The notes beneath the pieces were generated by a model. It was not told where the DNA came from and made no database searches. It saw only the letters and a program-made list of their open reading frames with translations. A DNA stretch of 64,000 nucleotides from Mustelus asterias (taxonomy: Eukaryota), in assembly GCF_964213995.1 (NCBI RefSeq), contig NC_135830.1, forward strand, positions 7,130,001 to 7,194,000, in the 5' to 3' direction. The position numbers were made by a program, and so were the translations under genes. Positions 52,566 through 64,000 of this stretch are shown piece by piece (positions within the stretch are counted from its first letter, which is position 1; each line of letters opens with the position of its first letter).

Positions 52566-53619
52566 GAGGTTGATGATGAATAGTGGAGCAGGCTCGACAG
52601 AAGCTATTCCCACTCTGATTCTTACCACCTTCTCCTTTCACACAGAGAGTGGAGAACACAGGCGGGGGCCTGGTCCTGTGATGGTCCCACTCTCCTCCTA
52701 TCGCTCACTGAGACACGGTCCGAGGACGATGGACACCCGACATAACCTGCTGCCGTCTGGCTAGCCTGGGACCAGGCTTTCTGTAGGTAACATGCCCTCC
52801 CATCACTGCCCCCTACACACACAGAGAGACACTGGCCCGTGTACCTGTGACCGATGTGGAATGGCCGGAGATATTGACAGCAGGGACTGTGTATTTTTTC
52901 ACTGGGTATTCAGTTGTTTGTCATGTTGACCCCTTTTGCTGAGCCTCGGATAAGGGACCTGTTGGGGTTGACGATGGGACTGGAGGTTCCTGGATCAGTC
53001 ATTCCAGGCTTATCCTGGTGCCTCTCATTCTCTCTCACCCAGGTCAGAAGGTCACAGGTTTGTGTAACCTGTTCCTGAGATTCAAGCTGCTGTAACAGGT
53101 TCTCCCAGGGGTCCCTCAAACCGTCTCTGAAATTAAGTTCCCTGGCTGTGTGTTGCATCGTGCCTTGTGGGATCTTGCTGTGCAGTCACCATCTCTTCCC
53201 ACAGAACGGCAGGGACTGCGCTGAGGGAGTGACCCATCGAAAAGAGGGAATGATTTAGCTCCCGTGCTTGTTCTGGGCTGTTCCAGAGCACTCTGAATCA
53301 ACACAGCAGCTTCCTGTTTCCCAAACACAGTCACTGCTGTTCACCTGGGAAACCCGGCAGGCACTGCACACAGCACATCCCACAAACTGTCGGATAACCA
53401 CCAAATGTTAGGCTGTTTGAAGGATAAAGATCGACCCTCGGAAACCAGCGGGAGCTCTCCTTCGCTCCATCCAGTAATGGCCGTGGGATTTCACTATCCA
53501 CCTGACACAGCAGTGAGTGAGGAGGGGGGCGGGGGGGGAGCTTGGTTTCACTTCCTCAGCACTGACAGCTGGAGGCAGGTGATTGACAGTGTAATGTGTG
53601 CAGCTGTCTGTGTGCCCAC

Positions 53620-54285
53620 CTGGGCGGCATGGTGGCACAGTGGTTAGCCTCACAGCGCCAGGGACCTGGGTTCGATTCCAGCCTTGGATAAATCATAGAA
53701 TCCCGACAGTGCAGAAAGAGACCAATCGGCCCACCGAGCCTGCACCAACAACAACCCCACCCAGGCCCTATCCCCATAACCCCACGTATTTACACTGATC
53801 ATATCCCCAACACTAAGGGGCAATTTAGCACGGCCAATCCACCTCAATCACACGTCTTTGGAGTGTGGGTGGAAACCGGAGCAACTGGAGGAAACCCTCA
53901 CAGACACGGGGAGAATGCACAAACTTCACACACACTTCACACAACCTGAGGCTTGATTTGAACCCAGCTCCCTGGTGCTGTGAGGCAGCAGTGCTCCCCA
54001 TTGTGCCGCCCCTGTGTCTGTGTGGAGTTTGCACGTTCTCCCCGTGTCTGCATGGGTTTCCTCCGGGGGCTGTGGTTTCCTCCCAAACTTCAAAATGTGC
54101 TGGTTAGGTGGATTGACCATGCTAAATTGCTGCTTTATGTCACAAAATATGTCGATCAGGGTGATTAGTGGGGTAAATATATGGGGTAACGGGAATAGGG
54201 CCCGGGTAAGATGCTCTGTCAGAGAGTCAGTGCAGACTCAAAGGGCTGAATGGTCTCTTCTGCACTGTAGCAATCCTACGATTTT
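53620..54285. mobile_element. Nested SINEs (a - strand copy inside a + strand copy)
   Basis: A/B-box heads on both strands, with shared core and tails. Confidence 0.7.
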
Positions 54286-57200
54286 GTCTGTGAGCATGCA
54301 CGCTTGTGTCTGAGTGTGTGTCTGTGTGGGTGTACACGCATTTCAGTTCATGTGTGTGTGTGTACCTGTGTGCGAGCACATACACACACACACAAAACAT
54401 GTATGTCTGCTTTCGCTTTATTTAATGATTGTGTTTGAGTCGTTCCTCTGTGTGTGTTTGTGGGGGGAGGGGGGTGAGGGGAGGTGGTCACTAATCCTCC
54501 CACTCCCCATTCTGAGACTACACCCGAAGCAGGAGTGAACTGAAGAGGCCGGAGGCGAATCGATAACCTCGAGGTGAGTGAGGAAACAGTCAGTGCGAGT
54601 TTGATGCTGCTGTGAAGAATGTGTCATGTCTTTTCACTGATTCTGTAACTGTGGAAATAAAGAGTTTCAGCAAAATGGGATAAAAGCAAATTACTGCGGA
54701 TGCTGGAATCTGAAACCAAAAGAGAAAAAGCTTTGTCAAAGGGTCATCCAGACTCGAAACATCAGCTCTTTTCTCTCTTGACAGATGCTGCTAAACCTGC
54801 TGAGATTTTCCACGTTTTCTCTATTGCTTTCAGCAAAACGGGGCCTCTGTAAAATGACAGCAGACAAAGACGAGACTCAGATTTCACTGACTTCACCAGC
54901 TTAAGACTCTCTTGTTCCACTTTAAACTCTGCAACACTCTCGCCTTTTCTCTCCCACAATATTCAGGCTTCAGTAACCCGAGCTGGTGGTTAAATAACCA
55001 TTCCCTATTTGCTGACTCATTTCACCATCACTCCTGTTCTTCCAGCACAATCCTGATCCCCACTTCCACTGCTGAAGAACACTAACAGACATACCTCCCT
55101 CCGTGTTCGAGTCTTCAATGTTCACCTTTTCAGTTGGGTAGGGTTTCAATTGAGAATCAGAACACATCCCATTTCCATCTCCTCGTGGTGTCTGGGCCAG
55201 ATCAGGTAAATTTTCCATTAAAAGGTCTGTTTAATCTTTCTCCCCAAAGTCCAGCATCTACAAGGGACAACTCTTCTGTCTAATTGAATAAGCTCCAATT
55301 TTCTGAATTAGTGCAGCTCCAACAACTCAGGAAGCTCAACACCATCCAAGACAAAGCAGCTTGATTGGCAATCCTTCTACAAACATCTACTCCCTCCAAC
55401 ACTGACTCACGTGGCAGCTGTGTGTACCACCTACAAGATTCACTGCAAGCACTCACCAAGGCTTCTTTGACAGCATCTTGCAAACCCGCAACCTCCAGCA
55501 CCTTGGAGAAGGGCAGCAAATGCATGGGAACATCATCACCTGCACGTTCCCCTCCAAGTCACTCACCATCTATACTCAGAGATTGATTACAATGTGAAAT
55601 TCACTGCCACAGGAACTAGCTGGACAACTCATCATTTAAAAAGAAAACGTGATGAGTACATGAGGGAAAGGAGATTAGAAAGATGAGCTGGAAGGCTGAA
55701 ATGAGGGAGATGGAATGGGAGGTGTCTTGTATGAAATATAAACACCAGCACAGACTAGTTAAACCGAACAATGTCTTTCTGGTCTGGATATTCATAGAAT
55801 CCCGACAGTGTAGAAGGAATCCATTCGGCCCATTGAGTCTGCACCCACCACAATCCCACCCAGGCCCTCTCCCCATAACCTCATGCATTTACCCTAGCTA
55901 GCCCCCCTGACACTCAGGGCAATTTAGCATGGCCAATCCACCTAACCCACACATATTTGGACTGGAGAAGGAAACCGGAGGAAACCCACGCAGACACGGG
56001 GAGAATGTGCAAACTCCACACAGACAGTGACCCGAGCCGGGATTCGAACCCAGGACCCTGGCCATGTGAGTCAGCAGTGCTCACCACTGTGTCACCGTGT
56101 CGCCCAAGAATTAGAGAATTCTCTGTGATTCAATGTAATCTCTGACCGGTTCCTGATCAGTAAGTTCCAACATTTGCACTGCACCGGTTCAGAGTATAAC
56201 CTGATGCTGAGTAATCACACTGAGATTCTGTCATGTGTAACGTCACGAATTGTAACATTGTCATTGAAATTGGTGCACAGAAATTTTCATCAACCAGATC
56301 CACTCTCGAAAATGTTCTCCCAAACAATGCGCTCTCTCAGATCTTTTCAGCAAGGATCCACTTCCAGGATTTCAATCTCTCCTTTCACTATTCTTCTGCC
56401 TTAGATTATCACATGCATTCAAGCTTCCACGTAATCTCTCAGGTACCCAGCCATGCCAACAGAACACTACTGTTTCACAGGTGGTACCAAAGTCCTCAAC
56501 CTTAGGATTACTTCAGAGTCTGGCTTTTCACCAGCTAACGTCACCATGTGTGTTGCCTTTAACTGGAAACCACTCTTTGCCCCTTTCTTTAACTTCAGGG
56601 AACAGTATCTTGTTCAGATTCCCTTTGACTTCAGTTTTCCTCAGACTTTTTTCATGCCCTGGTTTCTAGAACTATCTGTTCTTAAACTTCTGGGACTTTC
56701 TTTCTTGTCCTTACTCCATTGTTCTGCCCAGTGTTTCTGGCAGTTTCCTCTTCAGCTAACTCAGAAATTCTTTCGAACCCAAAATGGCCACTGGTTGCCA
56801 AGTAACAACCTAATCTTTTTTTACACTTGTGTGTTTTCACATTGTAAATTCTCTAAACAGAATACGGGCACAGTTTGAAATGAAACCAAAACCTCATACA
56901 TGCAAACACCTTTATTTAACATTAATCTATGAAAGTTTTAACCCTTCTGTACACAGAAACACCGAATTAAACTCACTTAAATCTATACCTTATTTCTAAT
57001 ATCCAATAATACAAATATAGATTACTAAATCTACTGCTTGACAGAGAGAAACTAAAGAAAGATGAGTTTAAGCTTGGGAAAATTGTTAGACACAGTTTGA
57101 CCCAGTGGAAGGGAGGGAAACAACAGAGGCAGCTGATCAGGTTGTCTCCATTTTAGTGACAAAGGAGCTCCATGAGCTCCTCAGACTTCTTGTTGTCGGT

Positions 57201-57379
57201 GAGGATGGAGGAGAGAGGGAGAACCCTTCAAAAGGAACTAAAACAGAAAATGCTGGAACGGTAGGCTTTGTCTGTATGGCGCGCAAGAAACAATACTGTT
57301 CACTGGATCCCAATGCATGCAACAATAATAAATCAAACAAAAAATCAGATCAAAATAAGGTAATGTAGATACTGGAAAT

Positions 57380-57660
57380 CGAACCTCAAAACTGAGTGAA
57401 TCTCTTCCCAAACTCAGAGCAGGTGAATAGCCTCTCCCCAGTGTGAACTCGCTGGTGGACAGTGAGTTGGAATGATTCCCTGAACCCTGTCTCACAGTAA
57501 AAGCAGCTGAATGGTCTCTCATCAGCGTGAACACATTGATGAGACATCACTTTTCCACAGCTTTTATAGCAGTTCTCACAGTCTGGGCATTTAAAAGGTC
57601 TCTCCTCAGTGTGAAGCGGGGGTGGTTGGAGGGTAGATTATTGAGTGAATCCCTTCCAAA
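57380..57660 (-). pseudogene. Decayed C2H2 zinc-finger repeats downstream of the ZNF stop
   Basis: [65 protein letters not shown]. Confidence 0.75.
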
Positions 57661-58182
57661 AGTGTCCTGGACCAGAACCCATAAATTATGTTCGGAAGCC
57701 AGATTAGATCCAAACAAAGTTTTCTATTTTGGCATAAATGTGAGGATAGGATGCTTCACTCCAGGAGTAATTCCACTGACAAATTAGGAATCTTTCATGG
57801 TAAAACAAACTTTATTTAATAACAGCTTAAATATAATTCCATAAAATGAAGCAGCTTAACTATTAACAGTTGAACAATATTTAAAAGTGAAAGGAAACAA
57901 CTTTAATTTCTAATTTAGCACAATTTCAGTTCCAAATATGCAACATTCCTCAAAGATGTAGATGCCACTTCAATTACAGTTAGAAACCATAAATATACTT
58001 GCTATAATGAGTCTAGACTGTCCTGAAGCTTTCAGAGAGAAGACAAGTCTTAGAGCAGCTTGTAGAAACCCTCCATCTTCAAACAGTCCCCGGTGCTTCC
58101 AGCTCTGACAGGTAACTGAAACTCTCCTCACAGTCTGCACATTTTCATGGTTTCTCCCTAATTTTAAATCCAATTACAATAG

Positions 58183-59142
58183 TTAGTTGTGAATTCGCTG
58201 GTGCGTCAGAAGATTCGACGAGGTAACGTATCCCTTCCCACACTGCAAGCAGGTGAACGGCCTCTCCCCAGTGTGAACCCGCTGATGTATTGCTAGTTTA
58301 GACGACTGATTGAATCCCTTCTCACACACAGAGCAGGTGAATGGCCTCTCCTCTGTGTGGATTCGCTGGTGTATTGCTAGGTTGGATGAGTGATTGAATC
58401 CTTTCCCACACACAGAGCAGATGAATGGTTTCTCCCCAGTGTGAACTCGCTGGTGTGTCAGCAGAGTTGATGACCGACTGAATCCTTTCCCACACACAGA
58501 GCAGGTGAATGGCCTCTCCCCAGTGTGAATTCGCTGGTGTGTGAACAAGGTGGCTGACTGAGCAAATCCCTTTCCACACTGGGAACAGGTGAATGGCCTC
58601 TCCCCAGTGTGAACTCGCTGGTATTTCAACAAAGTAGATGAGTCAGCAAATCCCTTCCCACACTGGGAGCAAGTGAATGACCTCTCCTGAGTGTGAGTTC
58701 GCTGGTGTATCAGCAGAGTGGATGAGTGAGAAAATCCCTTCCCACATTCAGAGCAGGTGAACGGTTTCTCCCCAGTGTGAACACGCTGGTGTATTGCTAG
58801 GTTGGATGACTGATTGAATCCCTTCCCACATTGGGAGCAGGTAAACGGCCTCTCCTCAGCATGAGTCCTCTGATGTATATTTAAGCTGGATAACTGAGTG
58901 AATCTCTTCCCACACTGAGAGCAGATGAATGGCCTCTCCCCAGTGTGACTGCGTCGATGAGTTTCCAGCAGGGATGGGTAATTGAATTCCTTCCCACAAT
59001 CCTCACACTTCCATGCCATTTCCCTGTTGTGACTGCAATTATGTTCCCAAAGGCCAGATGATTGGTTGAAGTCTTGTCCACAAACAGAACACATGTACAG
59101 TTTCTCTCCACTGTGAACGGTGCTTTTTTCTTCCAATTTCAA
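58183..59142 (-). CDS. Tandem C2H2 zinc-finger protein (11 fingers, finger 6 His to Tyr)
   Basis: Repeated CxxC-x12-HxxxH with TGE[RK]PF linkers. Exon acceptor at 59245-59246. The ORF track start is TTG; the first ATG is at residue 17. Confidence 0.9.
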   Translation of the reverse strand: MKLEEKSTVHSGEKLYMCSVCGQDFNQSSGLWEHNCSHNREMAWKCEDCGKEFNYPSLLETHRRSHTGERPFICSQCGKRFTQLSSLNIHQRTHAEERPFTCSQCGKGFNQSSNLAIHQRVHTGEKPFTCSECGKGFSHSSTLLIHQRTHTQERSFTCSQCGKGFADSSTLLKYQRVHTGERPFTCSQCGKGFAQSATLFTHQRIHTGERPFTCSVCGKGFSRSSTLLTHQRVHTGEKPFICSVCGKGFNHSSNLAIHQRIHTEERPFTCSVCEKGFNQSSKLAIHQRVHTGERPFTCLQCGKGYVTSSNLLTHQRIHN

Positions 59143-59809
59143 AATACAATGATATTCAGGTTACAATAAATTGGCCGACTCATCAGATTCTGATATCATA
59201 TTTTGTTTCAGTTTCTCAACTGCAAATCTTCTTCTTGTAAACCCCTGTGAAATTGATTTAAAACAGAAAAAAGTGAGTGAGAAAGAACCCACAAAAACAC
59301 AACGGTGGGTTGTGAAATTGAGCTGAATGAATCTGCTCATTTGTGGAGCTGCCGTGAGGAAAGGGTAACCAAGAAAGCTGCTGGATTGTCATACAAACCC
59401 AACTGGTTCACTGATATCCTTCAGGGAATGAAACCTGCCACACAGCCTGGGTCTACATAAGACTCTTTTGGCACTTTGGGAGGAGATAGAGAGAAGTAGG
59501 AGTGGCTGAGGTGAAGGCAAGGGATTTTATACATCTACAACTTGACAAGAACTTTGACAGAATCTCACAAACCCTCAACTTCACCAACAAGAAGGACCGA
59601 GATAGCAGATGGGTATAAACACCATCACCTCCGAGTTCCCCCAACTCACACACCATCCTGACTTATCTGACTTCCAGTACTAAACAAACAGAAATTTCTT
59701 TCGTATAAATACTGGGAAGACTGAACCCACTGTCTTCAGTCCCCTCTCCAAACTCCACTCGCTTGCCAACAACTCTATCCCTCTTCCTGGCAACATGTCA
59801 AAGAACATG

Positions 59810-60780
59810 TTGTTTGTCATCTATATCAATGATCTGGATGATAATGTGGTAAATTAGATCAGCAAGTTTGCTGATGATACAAAGATTGGAGGTGTCGTGG
59901 ACAGTGAGGAAGGTTTTCAAAGCTTGCAGAGGGATTTGGACCAACTAGAAAAATGGGCTGAAAAATGGCAAATGGAATTTAACGCAGACAAGTGTGAGAT
60001 ATTGCATTTTGGAAGGACAAACCAAAGTAGAACGTACAGGGTAAATGGTAGGACTCTGAAGAGTGCAGTTGAATAGAGGGATCTGGGAAGACAGGTACAG
60101 AATTCCCTAAAAGTGACATCACAGGTGGATAGGGTCGTAAAGAGTGCCTTTGGTACATTGGCCTTTATAAATCGGAGTATCGAGTATAAAAGTTGGAGTG
60201 TTATGGTAAGGTTATATAAGGCATTGGTGAGGCCGAATTTGGAGTATTGTGTACAGTTTTGGTCACCGAGTTACAGGAAGGATATAAATAAGGTTGAAAG
60301 AGTGCAGAGAAGGTTCACAAGGATGTTGCCGGGACTTGAGAAGCTGAGTTACAGAGAGAGATTGAATAGGTTGGGACTTTATTCCCTGGAGCGTAGAAGA
60401 TTGAGGGGAGATTTGATAGAGGTGTATAAGATTTTGATGGGTATAGATAGAGTGAACGCAAGCAGGCTTTTTCCACTGAGGCTAGGGGAGAAAAAAACCA
60501 GAGGGCATGGGTTAAGGATGAAAGGAGAAAAGTTTAAAGGGAATATTAGGGGGGGCTTCTTCATGCAGAGAGTGGTGGGAGTGTGGAATGAGCTGCCGGA
60601 TAAAGTGGTAAATGCGGGGTCACTTTTAACATTTAAGAAAAACTTGGACGGGTTCATGGATGAGAAGGGTGTGGAGGGATATGGTCCAAGTGCAGGTCAG
60701 TGGGACGAGGCAAAAAATGGTTCGGCACAGACAAGAAGAGCCAAAAGGCATGTTTCTCAGCTGTAATTTTCTATGGTTCT
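59810..60780 (+). mobile_element. CR1 3' fragment in ZNF intron
   Basis: YINDLD, FADD, LYKALVRPNLEYCVQFWSP. Confidence 0.9.
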
Positions 60781-62066
60781 AACAAAGAACAATACAGCAC
60801 AGGAACAGGCCCTTCGGCCCTCCAAGCCCGCGCCGCTCCCTGGTCCAAACTAGACCATTCTTTTGTATCCCTCCATTCCCACTCCGTTCATATGGCTATC
60901 TAGATAAGTCTTAAACGTTCCCAGTGTGTCTGCCTCCACCACCTTGCCTGGCAGCGTATTCCAGGCCCCCACCACCCTCTGTGTAAAATATGTCCTTCTG
61001 ATATCTGTGTTGAACCACCCCCCCTTCACCTTGAACCTATGACCCCTCGTGAACGTCACCACCGACCTGGGGAAAAGCTTCTCACCGTTCACCCTATCTA
61101 TGCCTTTCATAATTTTATACACCTCTATTAAGTCTCCCCTCATCCTCCGTCTTTCCAGTGAGAACAACCCCAGTTTACCCAATCTCTCCACATAACTAAG
61201 CCCCTCCATACCAGGCAACATCCTGGTAAACCTCCTCTGTACTCTCTCCAAAGCCTCCACATCCTTCTGATAGTGTGGCGACCAGAACTAGATGCAGTAT
61301 TCCAAATGTGCCCGAAGCAACGTTCTATACATCTGCAACATCAGACCCCAACTTTTATACTCTATGCCCCGTCCTATAAAGGCAAGCATGCCATATGCCT
61401 TCTTCACCACCTTCTCCACCTGTGACGTCACCTTCAAGGATCTGTGGACTTGCACACCCAGGTCCCTCTGCGTATCTACACCCTTTATGGTTCTGCCATT
61501 TATCGTATAGCTTCTCCCTACATTATTTCTACCAAAATGCATCACTTCGCATTTATCAGGATTGAACTCCATCTGCCATTTCTTTGCCCAAATTTCCAGC
61601 CTATCTATATCCTTCTGTAGCTTCTGACAATGCTCCTCTAAGGAGCGGCATGGTAGCACAGTGGTTAGCACTGCTGCTTCACAGCTCCAGGGTCCTGGGT
61701 TCGATTCGTGGCTCGGGTCACTGTCTGTGTGGAGTTTGCACATTCTCCTCGTGTCTGCGTGGGTTTCCTCCGGGAGCTCCGGTTTCCTCCCACAGTCCAA
61801 CGGTGTGCGGGTTAGGTTGATTGGCCAGGTTAAAAATTGCCCCTTAGAGTCCTGAGATGCATAGGCTAGCGGGTAAATATGTGGGGGTAGGGCCTGGGTG
61901 GGATTGTGGTCGGTGCAGACTTGATGGGCCGAATGGCCTCCTTCTGCACTGTAGGGTTTCTATGATTCCTCACTATCTGCAAGTCCTGCCAATTTTGTGT
62001 CGTCCGCAAACTTACTGATCACCCCAGTTGCACCTTCTTCCAGATCGTTTATATAAATCACAAACA
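60781..62066 (-). mobile_element. CR1 3' fragment (same subfamily as 13595-17309), interrupted by a SINE
   Basis: 3' end nearly identical to 17100-17309 in reverse complement. Confidence 0.9.
61640..61968 (+). mobile_element. HE1-like SINE with short target-site duplication
   Basis: Full head, core and tail; TCCTC on both flanks. Confidence 0.85.
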
Positions 62067-62621
62067 TGTCTGACCTGAAACAGGCTGTTCACAACCCTGG
62101 TGAAATATTTCACCCCAAGATGAGCTTCCAGCCACACATCCACATCATTATCACTATTTCCACCTCAGTAACATCACCCGACTCCACCCCAGTCTCAGCT
62201 CATCTGGAATTCTCATCCATTCCATTGTGATGTGAAACTCAGGGGAATGGGAGTACAGAGAGGGAATGGGACTGACTGAATTGCTCCACAGAGGGTTGGC
62301 ATGGATTTGAATTGCCAAATGGATTCCTTCTGTGTTGGAATGTCTCCATCAGTGGAAATAGGTAATGTTGACACAGTGCCTTTTATATGTCAAGACAAGA
62401 AATAGGGAATCATAAATAACATAGCACGTACCATATAACTACATTAAACATATCTTTGTCCCAAGCGAATTTACTGTTCATTTAAACAGTCTTCTCCTGG
62501 GAAAACTCCCCCTTTAATTGTGAACATTAGGTAAGAGGTTATCTTGTCAGACAAATAAATGTGACAACCTGAGGGAGCCAAAAGATGTCAATATCTTTGA
62601 GAGAGAGAAAGAAAAAGATAC

Positions 62622-63440
62622 CTGGGTCTCGTCCTGCTCCTAATTCCGATGTTCGTCTGTAATAGTTCCAGTCTGCAGCCTCCCTGAATTCACTTCCTCT
62701 CCCTTCAGTTGCTGCGAGTCCCCAATTTCCCCCAGAATGAGAAAAGAAATGGAAAGGGGGAAACATTGATTTCCTCCCTGATGTTGTCCAGAGGAGGAAG
62801 TTTCACTCTGAAGCTCATTGGACAACTTCCGCATTGTGATGTCAATGGAGGCCTGCCTATATCAGCCAATAGGAATCAGTCTGCACCGCAGTGACATCCT
62901 CGGGTTCCAGTGCGCAGGCCCGGGCGAGCGGACACGGGAGCCCCGCCCCCACCCATTGTTCCCCTCCCTCTGCACCTCGTCGAGCCAAGGTTTCCGGGCA
63001 ACCGGCTGGCGGCTCCGGGCAACCGGCTGGCGGCTCCGGCCAGAGCGAGAAGCCGCTCGGTGATCGCCCCCTCCCCCCTCTCTCTACGGCGGCTGCTGCT
63101 CCAAAAAGAGATCGAGAGCGACCGCTGGCGGCAGCCGCACTGCGCCTGCTCCGGACAGCTCGGCTGAGCAGCGCTCTCTGCGCCTGCTCCGGACAGCTCG
63201 GCTCAGCAGCGCTCTCTGCGCCTGCTCCGGACAGCTCGGCTCAGCAGCGCTCTCTGCGCCTGCGTGCTGGGCTGCCAGCTGAGGGAGTGGGGGAGGGGAC
63301 TTTGCAAAATCTCTTCCCATCATTTTCTTCCAAGTCCCGCAGTTTGATTTGAAACAGAACAGCTTCTGTTTGTAGCTTCACCACAGACTCAAACTTCACA
63401 CACAGACTCAAACTTCATCCTCTGGACAACAGCTGTGAGT
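62622..63440. promoter_or_regulatory. Probable bidirectional CpG promoter with non-coding first exons on both strands
   Basis: - strand CAG|GTATCT donor at 62621; ACTTCCG (62825), TGATGTCA (62837), CCAAT (62866); CpG-rich 62900-63290; + strand GTGAGT donor at 63435. Confidence 0.55.
63140..63262. repeat. ~38-bp GC-rich tandem repeat (about 3 copies)
   Basis: TGCGCCTGCTCCGGACAGCTCGGCTCAGCAGCGCTCTC repeated. Confidence 0.85.
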
Positions 63441-64000
63441 AAAACACTTTCTTTCTCCCCCTGGGAATTACAGAGAGTTGTGGGACTCTGGAACTGGAAT
63501 TAGAGCCAAATATACTGAGGGGGAAATGTTTGTGATTTTGTGAAACCTGTTTTTATTGTCTGAGCTTTTTAAAGTGTAATTTATCTTGTGCATTCAAATA
63601 GTGTTTCTCTCTTTGCATGATTTAGTGATGCTGGTTTTAGATTGATTTGTAAAGTATTTTTTAAAATGTGAAACCTTGTCCTTCAGTATTCCATTGGAAC
63701 TTTCTGGAAATTTGTTTACTTTTTAGATTAGTCACAACAGAGATATAACTTGTGTTCATATATTTGGTATATTTATGTTTCGGTAATAAGATTCATTGTT
63801 TTATTCTTGTAATTGTAGCATGTAGTTATGTTATATAATTCCAGTCAAAGAGACATTACAATTCAGAAAGATTGCTTTTAAAATCTGGAGTAAATATAGT
63901 TTTCTCAAATCTCCTTCCCATCACCTATCTAATTAAGAAATGCAGCATTGTATACCACATGTTTTTAGTCCAGTTATATTCAGAATTATCTGTTCTGAAT

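Overview
Eukaryotic DNA, almost certainly from a shark or other cartilaginous fish (CR1/HER1-like LINEs, HE1-like SINEs, shark-type C2H2 ZNF gene). The left part is the 3' end of a T-cell receptor locus. It has one J segment with a 12-RSS (563-650) and a constant gene in three coding exons (8100-8414, 11134-11196, 11635-11745) that is most like TCR delta. No J-alpha/C-alpha cluster is visible downstream. Instead, 32.6-43.3 kb holds five clear TRAV/TRDV-type V segments (plus one doubtful remnant) in both orientations, most of them pseudogenes. One + strand V keeps an open V exon and a near-consensus 23-RSS but has a dead leader splice donor. CTCF-like motifs across this region all point back toward J-C. 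Beyond the V segments come a tRNA-Val(CAC) variant enclosed by long inverted repeats, an intact intronless RPS13 retrocopy, an intron-containing but frameshifted EMC4 copy, and a C2H2 zinc-finger gene with a probably bidirectional promoter. The rest is LINE, SINE and microsatellite DNA, including three tandem Tx1-like 3' ends. Gene and family assignments come from my recall of the sequences, not from database searches, and repeat boundaries are approximate.
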